From Arthrobacter sp. (lineage in GTDB: Bacteria > Actinomycetota > Actinomycetes > Actinomycetales > Micrococcaceae), in the NCBI GenBank assembly GCA_034376805.1, contig JAXMJF010000063.1:58600-122599 (forward strand): DNA of 64,000 bases. The letters are read 5' to 3'. Positions 19,315 through 28,328 of this stretch are shown piece by piece (positions within the stretch are counted from its first letter, which is position 1; the number at the start of each line of letters is the position of its first letter). The notes beneath the pieces are model-generated. The model was not told the origin of the DNA. It searched no databases and saw only the letters and a program-made list of their open reading frames with translations. The translations under genes were made by a program, and so were the position numbers.

Positions 19315-19916
19315 TTCGAGGTCGGCGTCGGCGCGGAAGTGGGCGTGCCGGTGGTGCCGGAGGGCTGGCCGTGGGACATGCCGGCGCTTCCTTCTTCGAC
19401 ATAGTTCTCGTTGGCGCCGCTGAAATCCTTCGCCACGGCGGTGAATTCCAAGCTTCCGCCGTCCGCCAGCGCCAGCGTGAATACGACCTCAGTGCCGGCA
19501 GTGATGGGCGCGGTCAGACCCATCAGCATGAGGTGGCTGGCGCCCGGCTCCAACGTCAGTTCGCCGCCGGCCGGGATGACGAAGCCGCCCTCCTTGGCCT
19601 GCATCTGCATGGCGCCGGCGGATCCCGCAACCGTTTCGTGAAGTTCGACCATCCGGGCCGCGGGGGTCGAGGCGCCGGTGACGGTGACGTCGGCGTCGGA
19701 AGTGTTCGTGATGACGCCGAATGCGCCGGTCATCCCGGAGGCGGCGGCTTTGACCCAGGGCTGGCTGACCGCCAGCGCGGCGGAGGCGCTGGACGGGGAG
19801 ACGGCGGCAGCAGACGCGGACGGTGCCGGCTTCGAGGCCGAGGGAGCGCAGCCGGTAAGTGCCAGGGCCGCGGCGGCGAGAAGGGAAAGGGCGGGGTACA
19901 TGAGCTTCTTGGACAT
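19311..19916 (-). CDS. Copper chaperone PCu(A)C lipoprotein
   Basis: Lipobox LTGC; PCuAC pattern ELHET...MQM...SHLMLMGL. Confidence 0.8.
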   Translation of the reverse strand: MSKKLMYPALSLLAAAALALTGCAPSASKPAPSASAAAVSPSSASAALAVSQPWVKAAASGMTGAFGVITNTSDADVTVTGASTPAARMVELHETVAGSAGAMQMQAKEGGFVIPAGGELTLEPGASHLMLMGLTAPITAGTEVVFTLALADGGSLEFTAVAKDFSGANENYVEEGSAGMSHGQPSGTTGTPTSAPTPTSK

Positions 19917-19969
19917 GGTGGTGCTCCTGAATCGTGGCAGGCGGCCGCTGCGGGCCGGCCTGGAAAGTG

Positions 19970-20575
19970 TTATTCGCTGGGGGATTGTGTGTTGCGCTTG
20001 ATGCGCCGGAGGCCTGCGAAGACCAGGTAGATGCCGAGACCGGCGGCCGCAGCGATTCCGGCGGCCGGCAGCCAGCCGGGCACGCCGGCACCGTCCCCGG
20101 CGTCGGTGGCGGCGGCCGCGGTGGTTTCAGCGCTGGCCGTCGGGCTGGCGGAGGCTCCGGGCTCAGCGGCGGCAGGATTGCCGACGCGGAACCCGTAGCT
20201 GCCACTGATCGGGTGACCATCCGCGGAGACCACCCGCCAGCTGACCTGATAGCCGCCGTCGGGGAGTTCCGGGAGCGCCTGGGTCAGCGTTTCCCGGCTG
20301 AGGACCGCCGCGCCGCTGACCCAGTTTTTGGCGTTGTCATCGACCACCCGGACCTCGTGGCCGAGTGCGAGCAGGGGCGAACTGAAGGCCAGGGTGATGC
20401 TGGCAGGTGTTTTGTCGAGGCGCTCATCGGGCGCCGGGCTGGACGAAATCAGCTGGTCGTGGGCGAAGGCCGCCGGTGCTGCTGGGAGGCTGGCGCCTAC
20501 GCAGAGCAGGAGGGCGGCGAGCAGGGTTGCTCCCAAGCCAGGATTCCGCCATGTTTTCAAGGGTTTTCTTGTCAT
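19970..20575 (-). CDS. CopC-domain copper-binding protein with C-terminal membrane anchor
   Basis: Internal ATG 20575; signal peptide ending AFA-HDQL (mature N-terminal His), YQVSWRVVSADGHPISG CopC core; C-terminal TM helix. Confidence 0.8.
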   Translation of the reverse strand: MTRKPLKTWRNPGLGATLLAALLLCVGASLPAAPAAFAHDQLISSSPAPDERLDKTPASITLAFSSPLLALGHEVRVVDDNAKNWVSGAAVLSRETLTQALPELPDGGYQVSWRVVSADGHPISGSYGFRVGNPAAAEPGASASPTASAETTAAAATDAGDGAGVPGWLPAAGIAAAAGLGIYLVFAGLRRIKRNTQSPSE

Positions 20576-20643
20576 GGCTGCTTCCCGCCCCGGCGCTGTC
20601 TTGGCAGCGTGGCGGGGCTTATCGGGTGAAAGGCGCAGGGCGC

Positions 20644-21255
20644 CTAGGACGCGAGTGGAAGCAGGGGAGGCCCGCGGTGGCGCATCACCAGCAGGGGCGC
20701 GCCGAGGTTGCGCAGCGGCCTGACGGGCCGGTTGGCGGGCAGGGCCGCCGGGGCCGGGCGCACCGGCAGGGGCAGGAAAAGCGGGAGGAAGGCCGTTACG
20801 CGCAGGCGCATGGCGTGAACCAGCCGGAGGGCGGCGACCTCGCCGTGGCGCAGGGTGGCCACGGTCAGGATGGCGGCAACGGCGTGGCCCAGCCACATCA
20901 GTGGTGAGGCATGGTCGGCCGCGGAGGAGAGGACCGCGCCGGCGGCAGGTTCCAGCACGGGGGAGTGGGCCAGATGGCCGGCGGCCGGAGCGATGGCCCC
21001 ATGGTGAGCCGCTGCTCCACTGAACAGCCAGTGGAAAAGTCCCTGGCTCAGTGCCACGCCGGCGGAGAGCCGCCACAGGGACAGCCCGCGGCCGGTGAGG
21101 GCGGTGCAGGCCAGCCCGGACAGTGCCAGGGCCAGAAGGAGGAGGGGAGGTTCGGGTGCGTTGCCGCCTGCCAGGAGGTGCGAACCGGCGGCGACGGAGG
21201 TCGCGACGACGGCGCCGATCCAGCCGCGTACAAGGCGCAGGCCGCGTGCCGTCAT
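20644..21255 (-). CDS. His-rich integral membrane protein, function unknown
   Basis: 203-aa ORF, ~5 hydrophobic helices, clustered His (FHWLF, AAHHG, GHLAHS, GHAVAA); same strand and 68 bp upstream of CopC. Confidence 0.6.
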   Translation of the reverse strand: MTARGLRLVRGWIGAVVATSVAAGSHLLAGGNAPEPPLLLLALALSGLACTALTGRGLSLWRLSAGVALSQGLFHWLFSGAAAHHGAIAPAAGHLAHSPVLEPAAGAVLSSAADHASPLMWLGHAVAAILTVATLRHGEVAALRLVHAMRLRVTAFLPLFLPLPVRPAPAALPANRPVRPLRNLGAPLLVMRHRGPPLLPLAS

Positions 21256-21312
21256 GGTTCCTCCTCGCTCACGGGTAATTCTACAGGTTGTCGAAGATGG
21301 CTTTCATGGCTT

Positions 21313-21858
21313 TCAGCCACGTGGCCGCGGTTTGGTGGGGAACAACGGGCGGCAGTCGGTGCAGACGTCGACGTCGGCATCCGGCGAGCCGCTGCGGCCC
21401 AGCGTGACCTTGCGCTCCAGCTCCAGGCGACCGTGCAGGGCCCAGACCATCACGGCCAGGGACAGGATGCCGACGGCGGTCTGAGCCGCCGGCAGCGCCT
21501 CCCTCGTCGAGCTCGCCCACACCACGCCGAAGAGGCCCAGGACGGGCCAGCGCAGATCGCACAGCGTGGCCGTCGCGCCGATCGGCGCGTTCACGTAGCT
21601 GCCCGCCAGGAAGCCGGCCAGGATCGATCCCGCACCCACCAGGGCGTAGCCCGTCCAGCCGGTGCCGGCGCCGGCGATCATGCCGTTGGCGGCCATCAGG
21701 AAGACCGCGGCGAGGCCGGCCGCGACGGCGGTCGCAGCCACGCGTGACCGGGACCAGCTGCGGAGAACCTGCGGGAGCTGCCGGACGCGGTTTAGCCCGG
21801 CGGGCGCCTGATCCGTGCCCGCCGGGAGGTGCTCTTCGGGCTTGCTGTTGACTGTCAT
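21313..21858 (-). CDS. Integral membrane protein, function unknown
   Basis: 181 aa, ~4 TM helices, C-terminal CTDC; ATGA overlap with the upstream MFS gene. Confidence 0.6.
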   Translation of the reverse strand: MTVNSKPEEHLPAGTDQAPAGLNRVRQLPQVLRSWSRSRVAATAVAAGLAAVFLMAANGMIAGAGTGWTGYALVGAGSILAGFLAGSYVNAPIGATATLCDLRWPVLGLFGVVWASSTREALPAAQTAVGILSLAVMVWALHGRLELERKVTLGRSGSPDADVDVCTDCRPLFPTKPRPRG

Positions 21859-23171
21859 GGCTGCTCCTGGTCGGGGATGGGACGTCGCGGCTGCAGGGCG
21901 GTCCAGATGATCACGGTGACCACCAGGGCGATGGAGAGGAAGCCCAGCCCGGAATACCCGACGGCGGCCAGCACCGGACCGGCCAGCGCGCCGCCGGTCG
22001 CCCCGGCTGCGTTCATGCTCAGGTCCGAAACGCCCTGGATCGCCGGCCGGTCCTGCACATGGGCCGACTCGGCCACCAGGGCAGAGCCGGCAACCACCGA
22101 GGCGGCCCAGCCCAGCCCCAGCAGGATCAGGCTCGCGGTCACCGCGGCGCCGGAATCGGGCGCGGCGCCGGCCAGCACCAGCGAAACCAGCAACATGCCC
22201 TGGCCCAGCAGGATGGTGGGCACCCGCCCGGTCTTGTCCGCCATCCAGCCGAAAACGGGGGACAGGGCATACATGCCGGCGATGTGCAGGCTGATCGTCA
22301 GGCCGACCACCGTGAGGCTGGCCCCGTGGTCGCGCAGGTGCACGGGGGTCATCGACATGAGCGCCACCATCGTGGCGTGGCTGAGGGCGACGGCAGCCAC
22401 CGCATACCGGGCCCGGGGGTTGCTGCGCAGAATCCGCAGGCCGCTCTTGGGCTGCGGCGCTTCCAGATCGGGCACGCGCGAGGCCATGGCGGTGAGAAGG
22501 GGGTCAGGCCGCAGGCCGGTCGCATAGACGACGGCCGCCGCGAGCTGGGCGGCCACGGAGAAGGCGAACGCGCCCGTCAGTGGGGGCAGGCCCAGGGCGG
22601 CACCGACGGTCTCGCCGGGACCGAAGAGGTTCGGGCCCAGGACGGCGCCGATCGTGGTGGACCACACCACGATTGAGAGATCCCGGCCCCGGGACCCGGG
22701 TCGGGCCAGATCGGTGGCGGCGAATCGGGCCTGCAGATTCACCGCGGAGCCCGCGCCGAGGAGCATGAGGCCCAGCAGCAGCAACGGAAAGACGCCCAGC
22801 GCGGCTGAGGTAATTGCCGTGACGGCGCCCGCGCCGGCAATCAGGGCGCCGGTGGAGAGTGAGATCCGCCGGCCGCGGGCCTGCGCCAGCCGGGCCAGGG
22901 GGACAGCGGCGAAGGCGGCGCCGAGGGTGCTCATAGTGGCGGCCATGCCGGACCACGCGTTGGACCCGGAGAGCTGGGCTGCCAGCAGGGAGCCCAGGGA
23001 AAGCGTCGCTCCCATGCCGATGCCGCCGAGGATCTGGCCGCCGACGAGGACGGAGACCACACGGCGCTGGAGGCGCTGATTTTCCAGTCCGGGCGGGGCC
23101 GTGGCGGCGATTCGTCCCGGGCTGTTGGCCTGGTCTGGCTTCAAGCCTTCCGGCCGTTCGTGCGTGTTCAT
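21855..23171 (-). CDS. MFS transporter
   Basis: 12-TM-type profile; motif A-like LARLAQARGRRISL; start set at ATG 23171 (track start 23234 possible). Confidence 0.8.
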   Translation of the reverse strand: MNTHERPEGLKPDQANSPGRIAATAPPGLENQRLQRRVVSVLVGGQILGGIGMGATLSLGSLLAAQLSGSNAWSGMAATMSTLGAAFAAVPLARLAQARGRRISLSTGALIAGAGAVTAITSAALGVFPLLLLGLMLLGAGSAVNLQARFAATDLARPGSRGRDLSIVVWSTTIGAVLGPNLFGPGETVGAALGLPPLTGAFAFSVAAQLAAAVVYATGLRPDPLLTAMASRVPDLEAPQPKSGLRILRSNPRARYAVAAVALSHATMVALMSMTPVHLRDHGASLTVVGLTISLHIAGMYALSPVFGWMADKTGRVPTILLGQGMLLVSLVLAGAAPDSGAAVTASLILLGLGWAASVVAGSALVAESAHVQDRPAIQGVSDLSMNAAGATGGALAGPVLAAVGYSGLGFLSIALVVTVIIWTALQPRRPIPDQEQP

Positions 23172-23291
23172 GGCGGTCCTTCGGGGCTCCTGGGCATGGC
23201 CCCTGCAGCCGGGGACTTCTCCAATATACCCCATGGGGTATTATGGTTGTATTAGGTGCGGCACCCGCGGCACCCCGAAATTGGAGTTCAT

Positions 23292-23411
23292 ATGTGCGCT
23301 GCAGTTCGTTGTAACCGTTGTGGAAAAATCACCTGGGCCGGCTGCGGCGAGCACGTCGACTCGGTCATGGCCGATGTCCCCCAGGACCAGCGCTGCACCT
23401 GCGACGACTAG
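23292..23411 (+). CDS. 39-aa Cys-rich small protein (MCAAVRCNRCGKITWAGCGEHVDSVMADVPQDQRCTCDD)
   Basis: Below ORF-track size cut-off; ATG 5 nt after GGAG; CxxC...C...CxC pattern; sits in an AT-richer divergent promoter region. Confidence 0.5.
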   Translation: MCAAVRCNRCGKITWAGCGEHVDSVMADVPQDQRCTCDD

Positions 23412-23568
23412 GGCAGCTATTCGATGCGCCGGAAGGTACAGGCGCCGCCGTCGCCCGGCAAACAGCAACGCGGGGTGAGGGCTAGAGTTCACGCAGGGGA
23501 TACACCCCAGGACAAAGTTTTCAGCAACCGCCGCGAATCCGCGGCGAAGAAGCACCCGGGAGTCATCA

Positions 23569-24135
23569 GTGCGGCACGGATCCAAGCCCACCATCCGCGA
23601 CGTCGCGGAGTCGGCAGGAGTGTCCCTGACCACGGTCTCGTATGTACTTTCCGGACGTCCCGGCGGAAACACCCGGATCAGCCAGCCCACCCAGGACCGC
23701 GTCCATGCCGCGGCCCAAGAGCTCGGGTATGTGCCCAACAGGGCCGCCCGCGGGATGCGGCGCGGCCGCACCGACGTTGTGGCCGTGGCGATCACCGACC
23801 TCGACGATTCCGGGGACCGCGCGCTCGCCGCAGCGGCGGCCAGGATCCTGCCCCGGCACGGCTACCAGCCGGTCATCCTGGTGGGCGAAAGCTGGCGGCA
23901 GTTCATGCTCTCCGGCGGCGCCGACGGCGTCATTCTCGGCTCCGAGCCGGCGGACCGCACCGCCACCGACGTCGAGACGATGGTGGAACTCGTGGAGCGC
24001 GGCGTGACCGTGCTGATCTTCTCGGGCAACCCGCAGCCGGACGGCGTCGACGTGCTCGTGCCAGGAACCACGGGGACGGCGGCAGCCCTCGCGGAGCTCG
24101 CCCTCGCCCAGATGAATTCCCGGCTGCAGGACTAG
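23569..24135 (+). pseudogene. LacI-family regulator lacking most of the effector domain (188 aa; probable gene remnant)
   Basis: Intact HTH (TIRDVAESAGVSLTTVSYVLSG ... GYVPNRAARGMR) but only ~120 aa of the ~270-aa sugar-binding domain before the stop. Confidence 0.45.
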
Positions 24136-24237
24136 AGGCCCGGCGTCTGAAAGCCGGCCGCAGGCATCGGCCCCGGGGATTGCCTCAACCCCTTTGCGGC
24201 AGAATTGGCGTCTGAAACCCGCCCTTGTCATCTCGAC

Positions 24238-24251
24238 TGAAAACGTTTACA
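24238..24251. promoter_or_regulatory. LacI/CcpA-type operator TGAAAACGTTTACA
   Basis: Fits TGWAANCGNTNWCA at every position; 100 bp upstream of the LacI/RbsR-like gene, in a locally AT-rich stretch. Confidence 0.5.
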
Positions 24252-24351
24252 GTATTCAAATGCCGGCGTGATTGGATTCACAACCGGCACCTCATTTCGG
24301 CCCGGAAGGGCTGGAGCAGCAGACCCGGCCGACTCAAAGGAGAGGGCATCC

Positions 24352-25362
24352 GTGGCAAACATCCATGACGTGGCAAAACTTGCCGGCGTGTCGATCGCCA
24401 GCGTCTCACGCATGCTCGCTGGGGAAAACGTCCGCAGCGCCGAAGCGATCAGACGGGCCATCACTGATCTCGGCTACCGGCCCAACGCCAGTGCCCGCGG
24501 GCTGCGCCTGGGCAAGCATCACAGCATTGCGGTGATTGTCCCTGACATTTCCAACCCGTACTTCGCGGCGCTGGTCCGGGGCATCGAAGAACGCGCCATG
24601 ACACAGGGTTTCCGCATCGTCGTGGCCAGCAGTGATGAGCAGTTCAGCGCGGAACAGGAACTCCTGGGCAACCTGATCGACGCCGTCGACGCTGTCGCGA
24701 TTGTCCCGGCCGAGGAAGGCGATCGCACCCGCAGGATGCTGGCGGGCCTCAACAAACCGGTAGTGCTGATCGACCGGACGGTGGGTGATGAGCCGGGCTT
24801 CGACCTGGTCCATGTCGACAACGCCAGCGGTGCCAAAGCAGCCGCGGACTATCTCCTGTCCCTGGGCCACCGCAACTTCGGCGTCATCAGCGGACGCCAG
24901 GACACCGTTCCGGGACGGGTTCGCCACCAGGTCTTCCTTCAGACCCTGGCTGACGCCGGCATCGAAGTCCCCGCCGAAGCCGTCAAAATCGGCGAATTCA
25001 GCCGGAACTTCGGCCGTCACGCCGCCCAGGAACTGATCGACAGTCCCACCGGAATGACTGCTCTGTTCGTGGGCAACAACACCATGGCACAGGGTGCCCT
25101 GCTCTCCCTTCACGCCGCCGGGGTTTCAATCCCCGGTCAACTTTCCTTCCTCTGCTTTGACGACTTTGACCTTGCTGAACTGCTCCCGGCGCCCGTCACC
25201 GTGATCTCAAGGCCCGCCATCGCTGAGGGACACGCCGCCGCGGACCTCCTGCTCGAGCGGATTGAACGAATCGGCAGCCCCAAACAGCCACCCCTGGAGC
25301 ACAAAGTCCTGCCGGTGAGCCTGACCATCCGGCAGTCCTGTTCCGCCCCTGCCTCCAACTGA
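24352..25362 (+). CDS. LacI-family transcriptional regulator (RbsR-like)
   Basis: GTG 24352 after AAGGAGAGG; HTH IHDVAKLAGVSIASVSRML, full periplasmic-binding-like domain. Confidence 0.85.
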   Translation: MANIHDVAKLAGVSIASVSRMLAGENVRSAEAIRRAITDLGYRPNASARGLRLGKHHSIAVIVPDISNPYFAALVRGIEERAMTQGFRIVVASSDEQFSAEQELLGNLIDAVDAVAIVPAEEGDRTRRMLAGLNKPVVLIDRTVGDEPGFDLVHVDNASGAKAAADYLLSLGHRNFGVISGRQDTVPGRVRHQVFLQTLADAGIEVPAEAVKIGEFSRNFGRHAAQELIDSPTGMTALFVGNNTMAQGALLSLHAAGVSIPGQLSFLCFDDFDLAELLPAPVTVISRPAIAEGHAAADLLLERIERIGSPKQPPLEHKVLPVSLTIRQSCSAPASN

Positions 25363-25395
25363 CGCTCCCAACTGACCACATCATTAAGGAACCCC

Positions 25396-26370
25396 ATGAC
25401 GACAACTGCGCCCGAAAACGGGAATGTGCTGGTGATCGGAAGCATCACCTGCGACCTGACAAGTTTCAGTGACCGACTGCCGCAGCCCGGCGAAACAGTC
25501 CTCGGAAACGCCTTCACGATGGTGCTCGGCGGCAAAGGCGCCAACCAGGCGCTGGCGGCGGCGCGCGCAGGGAGCCAGGTTTCCCTGATCGGAAGCGTGG
25601 GCAATGACAGCTTCAGCGAGCTGGTCCTGGGGACCTTGGCAGAGGAGCACATCGACACCACGCACGTGATGCGCACGGAGGGACCCACCGGAATCGCCCA
25701 CATCAGGGTGGATGCGTCGGCGGAAAACGACATCGTAATGATTCCGCTCGCCAACTCCCGGCTGAGCCCAGGCCACATCAGGAAGGCCCTGGGCCAGTCC
25801 GGGCGTCCCGCTCAGGTCGCCCTGATCCAGCTGGAGATCCCGCACGAATCCGCGCTGGAGGCGGCCCGCGCGTGCAAAGCCCGCGGCATCACCGTCATTC
25901 TGGACCCTGCCCCGGCTCCCGCGACGGCCCTGGACGAGGACTTCTGGCCGCACGTGGACATCGTCACCCCCAACGAGACCGAAGCGCGCCTGATTACCGG
26001 AATCGAGGTAGCCGATCACGAATCAGCCACTGCGGCGGGCCGCTGGTTCACCGACCGGGGCGTGCGGCGTGCCGTCGTCACCCTGGCCGGCGCCGGCGCC
26101 GTCGTCGTTGAACGAACCTCCGCAGACAGCACGGCCGTGACCTGGCAGGAACCCTTCCGCGTCACGGCGGTGGACACTACGGCCGCAGGCGATGCCTTTG
26201 CCGGTGTGCTTGGGAGCGCGCTGGCCGAAGGCCTGGACTGGGACGAGTCGCTGCGGCGCGCAATGGCCGGCGGCGCGCTGGCTGTCACCGTTGCCGGCGC
26301 CAGCCCCAGCCTTCCGCAGCGCGAAGCCATTGACGCGTTCCTCGCCGCGCAGGCGGCCGCAACCCGCTAG
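25396..26370 (+). CDS. rbsK: Ribokinase (PfkB family; deoxyribokinase not excluded)
   Basis: GGKGANQA, NETE, DTTAAGDAF motifs. Confidence 0.8.
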   Translation: MTTTAPENGNVLVIGSITCDLTSFSDRLPQPGETVLGNAFTMVLGGKGANQALAAARAGSQVSLIGSVGNDSFSELVLGTLAEEHIDTTHVMRTEGPTGIAHIRVDASAENDIVMIPLANSRLSPGHIRKALGQSGRPAQVALIQLEIPHESALEAARACKARGITVILDPAPAPATALDEDFWPHVDIVTPNETEARLITGIEVADHESATAAGRWFTDRGVRRAVVTLAGAGAVVVERTSADSTAVTWQEPFRVTAVDTTAAGDAFAGVLGSALAEGLDWDESLRRAMAGGALAVTVAGASPSLPQREAIDAFLAAQAAATR

Positions 26371-26431
26371 CCGCCGACGGGCAAAACCACCACCCCTACG
26401 TCCCATCCCTCTACAACGCAGTGGAGCAACT

Positions 26432-26836
26432 ATGCGCAAAAACAGCGGTACCCTCAACCCAGCCCTCGCCCGGGTCATCTCCGAACTGGGCCATACTGAC
26501 GAACTCGTCGTGACCGATGCCGGCCTGCCGATCCCGGCCGGCGTGGAACGGATCGACCTGGCCCTGACGGCCAACGTCCCGCGGTTCCTGGAGTGCCTGG
26601 ACGTTGTCCTGGCCGAAGTCGAGGCCGAGGGCGCCATCGCGGCGTCGGAGATCGCCGAGCACAGCCCGGAACTCCTCGAAGCCCTCAAAGAACGGCTCGG
26701 CAGCCACGGCATCCCGCTCGAACTTATCCCGCACACGGACTTCAAACAGCGGACCAGGAACTCCAGGGCCGCCGTCCGGTCCGGCGAATTCACCTCCTAC
26801 GCCAACGTCATCCTCGTGGCAGGGGTGGTGTACTGA
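26432..26836 (+). CDS. rbsD: D-ribose pyranase
   Basis: LNPALARVISELGHTDELVVTDAGLPIP signature; 134 aa. Confidence 0.8.
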   Translation: MRKNSGTLNPALARVISELGHTDELVVTDAGLPIPAGVERIDLALTANVPRFLECLDVVLAEVEAEGAIAASEIAEHSPELLEALKERLGSHGIPLELIPHTDFKQRTRNSRAAVRSGEFTSYANVILVAGVVY

Positions 26837-26837
26837 C

Positions 26838-28328
26838 ATGACAGTCACCCTCAGAGGCATCACCAAGTCCTTCGGTCCCAACCGCGTGCTCCGCGGTGTG
26901 GACCTCAGCATCGAACCCGGCGAAATTGTGTCCCTCGTGGGCGAAAACGGGGCCGGAAAATCCACCCTGACCCGGATCATCGCCGGGGCCTACCAGCCCG
27001 ATTCCGGTGAGATCTCCATCGACGGCGAGGCACGGAAGTTCAGCAGCCCCCAGGACGCCATGACCGCCGGCATCCAGGTCATCTACCAGGAGCTGAAGAA
27101 CAACCTGTTCCCGCAGCTGGATGTCGCCTCGAACATCTTCGCCCACGACGGCACCGGCGAGTTCGGCAAAATCTTCGTCAACAAGGACAAGATGCACGCC
27201 CGTGCCGCCGAGCTCCTGAGCCAGGTGGGGATCGACGTCGACACCCGCCTTCCCGTGGGGAAGCTCAGCTTCGGCCAGCAGCAGCTGGTGCAGCTGGCCC
27301 GCTGTCTGAACCACTCGGTCAAGCTGCTGATTCTCGATGAGCCGACAGCGGCCCTGGACGACCGCGAATCGGAGCTCCTGTTCGCACAAGTCCGCAAGAT
27401 CCAGGCGGCCGGAGTCGCCGTCATCTACATCAGCCACCGCCTCCCCGAAGTCTTCGCCCTGTCCGACCGCATCGTCGTGATGCGCGATGGCCGCGTTTCC
27501 AAGACCGGAACCGCCGCCGAGCTGACCGAAGCCGACGTCGTGGCAGCCATGGTGGGCGGCGAGGTGGAGAACTTCTACCCCAAGGAACACCACGCCACGG
27601 ACCGTGTCCGGCTCGACGTGCAGGGACTCGAATCGGCTGGCGTCAACGGAGTGTCCTTCCAAGTACGCGCCGGGGAAGTGCTCGGCATCGGGGGTGTGAT
27701 GGGCAGCGGCAAAGGCGAGGTCCTGCGCGCACTGTTCGGACTGGACAATGCGGCCGGTTCCGTCAGCATCGACGGCAAGCCGCTGCCCCTGAAATCCCCC
27801 CGGCACGCCATCAGCGCCGGTGTGGCCTACCTGACCCCCGACCGCCAGGCGGAGGGCCTCACCCTGGCCCAGCCGATCTCGCACAACGAATCCCTCGCCA
27901 CCCTTGGTGCCATCACCCGGAGCGGGATCGTGGCGCTGAAGCGCGAGCGGGACCGGTGCCAGGAGATCACCACCCGGCTCAGCGTCAAATGCAACAGCAT
28001 TGACGACGCCGTCGGGACACTCTCCGGCGGCAACCAGCAGAAGGTCCTCTTGGCCCGCTGCCTGCTGAGCAACCCGGCCGTCCTGCTGATGGAAGAACCC
28101 ACGCGCGGCGTCGATGTGGGCGCCAAGGCGGAGATCTACTCCATCATCAATGACGTCGCCGCCCGGGGCGTCGCCGTCGTCCTGGTCTCATCAGACCTGC
28201 CCGAACTAGTCGAAATGTCGGACCGGGTGCTGGTCATGCGCGGAGGCAGTATCAACGCTGAACTGACCTCCGACGCCCTGAGCCAGCAGTCCGTCCTGGA
28301 ACACGCAATGGAGACCGTATCCCGATGA
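26838..28328 (+). CDS. Sugar ABC transporter ATP-binding protein, duplicated NBD (CUT2/RbsA type)
   Basis: Two Walker A/signature sets (GENGAGKST ... LSFGQQQ; LSGGNQQK ... EPTRGVDV). Confidence 0.9.
   Translation: MTVTLRGITKSFGPNRVLRGVDLSIEPGEIVSLVGENGAGKSTLTRIIAGAYQPDSGEISIDGEARKFSSPQDAMTAGIQVIYQELKNNLFPQLDVASNIFAHDGTGEFGKIFVNKDKMHARAAELLSQVGIDVDTRLPVGKLSFGQQQLVQLARCLNHSVKLLILDEPTAALDDRESELLFAQVRKIQAAGVAVIYISHRLPEVFALSDRIVVMRDGRVSKTGTAAELTEADVVAAMVGGEVENFYPKEHHATDRVRLDVQGLESAGVNGVSFQVRAGEVLGIGGVMGSGKGEVLRALFGLDNAAGSVSIDGKPLPLKSPRHAISAGVAYLTPDRQAEGLTLAQPISHNESLATLGAITRSGIVALKRERDRCQEITTRLSVKCNSIDDAVGTLSGGNQQKVLLARCLLSNPAVLLMEEPTRGVDVGAKAEIYSIINDVAARGVAVVLVSSDLPELVEMSDRVLVMRGGSINAELTSDALSQQSVLEHAMETVSR

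Noticed and set aside
23463-23482. A possible third copy of the REP-like element (AGCAACGCGGGGTGAGGGC)
   Set aside because: Only ~12 nt of the left arm match, and no complementary right arm lies nearby. It is a chance match or a degraded fragment at best.
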